NCBI GenBank assembly: GCA_002255585.1
Contig: NCBJ01000003.1
Location: 21,571-85,570 of the forward strand
Origin: Parcubacteria group bacterium 21-54-25
Lineage (GTDB): Bacteria; Patescibacteriota; Minisyncoccia; Phycocordibacterales; Phycocordibacteraceae
DNA length: 64,000 nt
Reading direction: 5' to 3'
Shown: positions 59,500 through 64,000 of the stretch, in pieces
Numbering within the stretch: the first letter of the stretch is position 1
How the letters are laid out: each line of letters starts with the position of its first letter
Program-made: the position numbers and the translations under genes
Notes under the pieces: model-generated
Told to the model about the DNA's origin: nothing
Database searches by the model: none
Seen by the model: only the letters and a program-made list of their open reading frames with translations

Positions 59500-62400
59500 A
59501 TGCATACAAAACTCCCGCAAAAAACGTTTGGTGCGTACCGGGCTCCGAAAGTAGCGTTTCCTGATCTCGTCGCCCATCAGCGCGATTCTTTCGCCTGGCT
59601 CGTGAAGAACGGTCTCGGCGAGCTCTTTAAAGAATTTTCTCCTATTTCGGATTACTCGGGGAAAAAATTCGAACTGAAATTCGAAGGGTTCGAAATAGGT
59701 GCACCGAAATACGACGAAGAATTTGCGCGTGAGAATATGCGTACCTACGAAGCGCCGATTAAAATTTCTGTGCGGCTCATCAACAAAACGCTTGGCTCGG
59801 AGAAAACACAGGACGTATTTCTCGCGGACATGCCGATTATGACGCCGCACGGCAGTTTTATTGTTTCAGGAGTGGAGCGGGTTATTGTGCCGCAACTCGC
59901 ACGATCCTTTGGCGCATTCTTCATCGCTGAGTCCATTAAAGGTAAAAATTGGTTTGGCGCTAAAATTATTCCCGCACGTGGCGTGTGGATTGAAATTGAC
60001 TCGGAAGCAGATGGCGCTATTTATGTGAAGATTGATCGCAAACGCAAGTTTCCTATCACACAACTCCTCGCCATATTCGGTGCAGGCCTTCGTGAGGAAG
60101 TGTTGAAAGCCTTTAAGGGAGACGAGACCGCCATTGCTGCGCTTCAGGCGACCTTGGCGCACGACACCGCGGAATCACTTGATGACACGTATGTTGAAGT
60201 TCACCGCCGCATGCGTGACGGTGATTTGGCAACGCCGGAAAATGCAAAAGAATATGTGAAGTCGCTTTTTTCTTCTGAACGATATGACTTGTCTCGCGTT
60301 GGTCGCTACCGCCTGAATCAACGTTTTGGCCTCTCGACAGAGAGCAAGGCGCTCGCCGAGCGCGCGCTATCACTCGCAGATTTGGTGCGCATTACTCGTG
60401 AAGTGGCGCGATTAAACGTTGACCCTACAGCAGTACCGGATGATATTGATCACCTCGGTTTTCGTCGCGTGCGTTTTGTGGGAGAGCTATTGCAATCTCG
60501 TATGCGTGTGGGCATGAGCCGCATGAAGCGCAATATTCAAGACCGCATGTCGACCATCGAAAGCGAAACCTCGCTCCCTATGGCGCTGGTGAATCCGCGC
60601 CCATTCCAAGCATCAGTGCGCGAATTTTTTACTGCAAACCAGCTATCGCAATTTATGGATCAGCAGAATATCCTTGCCGAACTGGAGAACCTCCGTACGC
60701 TCTCGGCGCTTGGCCCGGGGGGTCTCACTCGTGAGCGTGCTGGTTTTGAAGTGCGTGACGTACATCCCAGTCACTTCGGTCGCCTTTGTCCTATCCACAC
60801 GCCAGAAGGGCAAAACATTGGTCTTATTCTGCACCTTGCGCTCCACGCACGCACCAATGAGTTTGGTGTTATTGAAACGCCATATGCGCAAGTAAAGAAA
60901 GGTATCGTGACAGATAACATTGTATACCTGAACGCCCTTGAAGAGGCTGACGAAGTCATCGCACATAGTGCAACTCTCCTCGACGAGAAAGGGCATATCC
61001 AAGCCGACGTGGTTGAGGTGCGTCGTGGTGGAGAACCAGCCATTGTTCCACGCGAGGAAGTGACACTTATGGACTCCTCGGCGTATCAAATGTTTTCCGT
61101 TGCGCCGTCACTTATCCCATTCGTCGACCATGATGACGCGAACCGCGCCTTGATGGGTTCGAACATGCAGAAACAGGCAACCCCTGTGTTGATTCCCGAA
61201 GCACCGCTGGTCGCAACCGGCATTGAAGAGCACGCAGCGCGCAACACTGGCCGCCTCATCGTTGCCGAAGAATCTGGTGAAGTGAGCTATGTCGATGCGC
61301 GTACGGTTACGATTACTCCAAAAGAAGGGAAGCCGCATACGTACCGGCTGCAGGGGTTGACTCAAACGAACCAAAACTCGGCGTTTGCACAACGACCAAT
61401 CGTGCGTATCAACGACAAGGTGAAGAAGGGTGATGTGCTGGCTGATGCAACGTCTTCCGACCGTGGGCAATTGGCACTTGGGCAGAATGTACGCGTTGCT
61501 TTTATGAGCTGGTCGGGCGCCAACTATGAAGATGCCATTATCATCTCTGAGCGTCTCGTTGAAGAGGCAAAGTTCACGACGGTGCACATCGAAGATTTCG
61601 AATGTGCGGTGCGCGACACAAAACTCGGGCCGGAAGTAACGACGCACGACATTCCAAACGTGGGTGAGCTGCGTCTTAAAAATCTTGATGAAGAAGGCGT
61701 CGTACGCATCGGCGCGGAAGTGCGCTCGGGGGACATTCTCGTAGGGAAAGTAACGCCAAAGGGCGAGACACAATTGACGCCCGAGGAGCGTCTCCTGCGC
61801 TCTATCTTTGGGGATAAGGCAAAGGACGTGAAGGACTCGTCGCTCCGTATGGAGGGCGGGAAGCGTGGTCGTATTATCGGCGTGCGGGTATTTAGCCGCG
61901 AAAATGGCGACCAGCTTGAAACCGGCATTATCAAAAAAATTGTCGTGACCGTCGCGCAGGTGCGCAACGTGTCGGTGGGGGACAAGCTCGCTGGGCGTCA
62001 CGGCAATAAAGGTGTCATCAGCCGCGTGTTGCCGGCGGAAGACATGCCCTACGACAAAGACGGTAACCCGGTCGATGTCATCCTTACGCCGCTTGGCGTG
62101 CCAAGCCGTATGAATCTTGGGCAAATTTTGGAAATGCATCTTGGTCTTGCTGCGCACGCCCTCGGCTATCAAGCAATCGTGCCGCCGTTTGCTGGCGCAT
62201 CGCCAGATGAAATTCGTAACGAACTTGTTGCGGCTGGCTTTGATCGCTCTGGCAAAATGACGCTCTTTGACGGTCGTACAGGCGAAGCGTTCGCGCAACC
62301 GATTGCTGTCGGCTACATGTATATTTTGAAACTGCACCACATGGTTGAGGACAAGATCCACATGCGTTCAATTGGTCCGTACTCGCTCATCACACAGCAA

Positions 62401-62679
62401 CCGCTCGGTGGCAAGGCACAAAATGGCGGACAACGTTTTGGAGAAATGGAGGTATGGGCACTGTTGGGTTATGGCGCAGCGTATATGCTGCGCGAGATGC
62501 TCACCATCAAGTCAGACGACATTCAAGGCCGCTCCGCTGCCTTCGACGCGATCGTGAAAGGAGACCCGATCAGCCACACCGGCACCCCGGCTTCATTCTC
62601 TGTCCTTACTAATCAAATACGCGGTCTCGCGCTCGACGTCGAGCCGGTAGAACTTCCGCCTGGCGCTGAAGTCGAATAA
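59500..62679 (+). CDS. rpoB: DNA-directed RNA polymerase subunit beta
   Basis: 1059 aa with canonical rpoB blocks (e.g. [21 protein letters not shown]). Confidence 0.97.
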   Translation: MHTKLPQKTFGAYRAPKVAFPDLVAHQRDSFAWLVKNGLGELFKEFSPISDYSGKKFELKFEGFEIGAPKYDEEFARENMRTYEAPIKISVRLINKTLGSEKTQDVFLADMPIMTPHGSFIVSGVERVIVPQLARSFGAFFIAESIKGKNWFGAKIIPARGVWIEIDSEADGAIYVKIDRKRKFPITQLLAIFGAGLREEVLKAFKGDETAIAALQATLAHDTAESLDDTYVEVHRRMRDGDLATPENAKEYVKSLFSSERYDLSRVGRYRLNQRFGLSTESKALAERALSLADLVRITREVARLNVDPTAVPDDIDHLGFRRVRFVGELLQSRMRVGMSRMKRNIQDRMSTIESETSLPMALVNPRPFQASVREFFTANQLSQFMDQQNILAELENLRTLSALGPGGLTRERAGFEVRDVHPSHFGRLCPIHTPEGQNIGLILHLALHARTNEFGVIETPYAQVKKGIVTDNIVYLNALEEADEVIAHSATLLDEKGHIQADVVEVRRGGEPAIVPREEVTLMDSSAYQMFSVAPSLIPFVDHDDANRALMGSNMQKQATPVLIPEAPLVATGIEEHAARNTGRLIVAEESGEVSYVDARTVTITPKEGKPHTYRLQGLTQTNQNSAFAQRPIVRINDKVKKGDVLADATSSDRGQLALGQNVRVAFMSWSGANYEDAIIISERLVEEAKFTTVHIEDFECAVRDTKLGPEVTTHDIPNVGELRLKNLDEEGVVRIGAEVRSGDILVGKVTPKGETQLTPEERLLRSIFGDKAKDVKDSSLRMEGGKRGRIIGVRVFSRENGDQLETGIIKKIVVTVAQVRNVSVGDKLAGRHGNKGVISRVLPAEDMPYDKDGNPVDVILTPLGVPSRMNLGQILEMHLGLAAHALGYQAIVPPFAGASPDEIRNELVAAGFDRSGKMTLFDGRTGEAFAQPIAVGYMYILKLHHMVEDKIHMRSIGPYSLITQQPLGGKAQNGGQRFGEMEVWALLGYGAAYMLREMLTIKSDDIQGRSAAFDAIVKGDPISHTGTPASFSVLTNQIRGLALDVEPVELPPGAEVE

Positions 62680-62690
62680 CCTTATCTCGT

Positions 62691-64000
62691 ATGCCAACAT
62701 CATTCTCTCAACGAAAACCGTTTATCCCGCGCGCTGATTGGAACGCACTACGACTTTCGCTCGCGTCTCCTGAGCGCATTCTTTCGTGGTCGAGCGGCGA
62801 GGTGACCAAACCGGAAACAATCAATTACCGTACCCAGCGTTCTGAAAAACACGGGCTCTTCGACGAGAAGATTTTTGGTCCGGAAAAAGACTACGAATGT
62901 TACTGCGGTAAATTTAAAGGCATCCGCTATAAAGGCATTGTGTGTGACAAGTGCGGAGTCGAGATTACTCGTTCTATCGTGCGACGCGAGCGTATGGGGC
63001 ACATTGAGCTTGTTACGCCCGTTGCCCATATTTGGTTTCTGCGCTCAGTTCCTTCGCGTATGGCACTTGTGCTCGGTATCTCCGGTGCCGATCTTGAAAA
63101 GGTGGTCTATTTCGCTGGCTACATTGTTACGAAAGTGTCTGAGGATGTGAAGAAGCGCCTTATGGGCGAACTCGATGCCGAGTACAAGAGCAAGTACCAA
63201 CAGGCAAAGAATGACGAGGCACGCGACGCGCTTAAGGAGCGCATGACGCAAGCAAAAAACGAGATAGACGGCATTGCAGTAGGCCGTGTTCTTGACGAGC
63301 TTGCCTACCACCGCTTCTCGGTCAAATACGGCGCCCTCTTCGAGGCGCGTATCGGGGCTGAAGCAATTTATGACATTCTCCATGCACTTGACATTAAAGA
63401 GCTTCGCGACACGCTCCAGGTACGCTATGCGACCGCCGGCGTTGCTGAGCGCGAAAAGCTGGCCAAGCGTCTCCTACTTATTAACGGCATGCTCGCTGCC
63501 GGCGTGCGTCCTGAGTGGATGTTCCTTACGCGTATCCCCATTATCCCCCCAGCACTGCGGCCGATGGTCGCACTTGAAGGCGGTCGCCATGCCACGAGTG
63601 ACGTGAATGATTTGTATCGTCGCGTTATCAACCGTAATAACCGCTTGAAAAAGCTGCTCGACATTCATGCGCCGGAAGTAATTTTGCGTAACGAACGGCG
63701 CATTCTTCAAGAAGCGGTGGATGCACTTCTCGACAATTCTATTCGCAAGGGGGGAGCAAACGCAGGTGCCCTAACGCCTTCGCAGCGTCGACCATTGAAG
63801 TCTCTCGCCGACTATCTCAAGGGCAAGCAAGGATATTTCCGCCAAAACCTGCTTGGTAAGCGCGTGGATTATTCGGGTCGTTCGGTAATCGTCGTTGGTC
63901 CAGATCTGGAGCTTGATGAGTGCGGGCTTCCGAAACACATGGCGCTCGAACTCTTCCGCCCGTTTGTTATCGCCGGGCTGCTTTCTCGCGAACTTGCGTT
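62691..64000 (+). CDS. rpoC: DNA-directed RNA polymerase subunit beta' (5' part, continues past the window end)
   Basis: The ATG at 62691 gives [11 protein letters not shown]... with the [23 protein letters not shown] zinc finger and NADFDGD-proximal blocks. No stop before position 64000, which is why it is absent from the ORF track. Confidence 0.95.
   Translation, partial: MPTSFSQRKPFIPRADWNALRLSLASPERILSWSSGEVTKPETINYRTQRSEKHGLFDEKIFGPEKDYECYCGKFKGIRYKGIVCDKCGVEITRSIVRRERMGHIELVTPVAHIWFLRSVPSRMALVLGISGADLEKVVYFAGYIVTKVSEDVKKRLMGELDAEYKSKYQQAKNDEARDALKERMTQAKNEIDGIAVGRVLDELAYHRFSVKYGALFEARIGAEAIYDILHALDIKELRDTLQVRYATAGVAEREKLAKRLLLINGMLAAGVRPEWMFLTRIPIIPPALRPMVALEGGRHATSDVNDLYRRVINRNNRLKKLLDIHAPEVILRNERRILQEAVDALLDNSIRKGGANAGALTPSQRRPLKSLADYLKGKQGYFRQNLLGKRVDYSGRSVIVVGPDLELDECGLPKHMALELFRPFVIAGLLSRELA

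Overview
This 64-kb window comes from a moderately GC (~50-55%) bacterium. Core chromosomal genes sit at both ends. At 1-14.9 kb: a bactofilin-like membrane protein, zwf, nth, a HAD hydrolase, a MutY-like glycosylase, an MFS transporter, RNase J, a peptide-type ABC substrate-binding protein, secG, groES-groEL, lemA-htpX and a GGDEF cyclase. At 59.5-64 kb: rpoB and the 5' part of rpoC.

A tRNA-Ser(GGA) at 14960-15046 marks the left edge of a ~33-kb, clearly more GC-rich (~60-66% by eye) mosaic island that runs to ~48.1 kb. The island carries a large serine recombinase reading into the tRNA, a tyrosine integrase plus excisionase next to a partial tRNA 3' end, two T4CP/TraD-like ATPases, a replication-relaxation protein, a RepA-like winged-helix protein with putative iterons, an intervening-sequence-containing tRNA, and several pseudogene relics of related elements.

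The island cargo looks defence/anti-defence-like: a Type II R-M pair (gamma N6A MTase plus PD-(D/E)xK REase), a SIR2_2-family protein, a DUF262 plus HEPN-like pair, two different dCTP-deaminase-fold (Dcd-like) proteins (one coiled-coil/membrane-anchored, one in an operon with an HExxH metallopeptidase-like protein), a duplicated RuvC-like/ArdC/RadC module, a DEDDy exonuclease plus membrane protein pair, and a DnaA-domain-III-only AAA+ protein.

The 48-59 kb stretch is accessory-like: PEP-CTERM secreted proteins (one frameshifted), a decayed AAA ATPase, and an ArsR-membrane-DUF427-flavoprotein oxidoreductase cluster. I see no CRISPR array and no rRNA.

All family assignments rest on motif recognition by eye. 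Exact starts, domain boundaries and the functional role of the candidate systems are inference.
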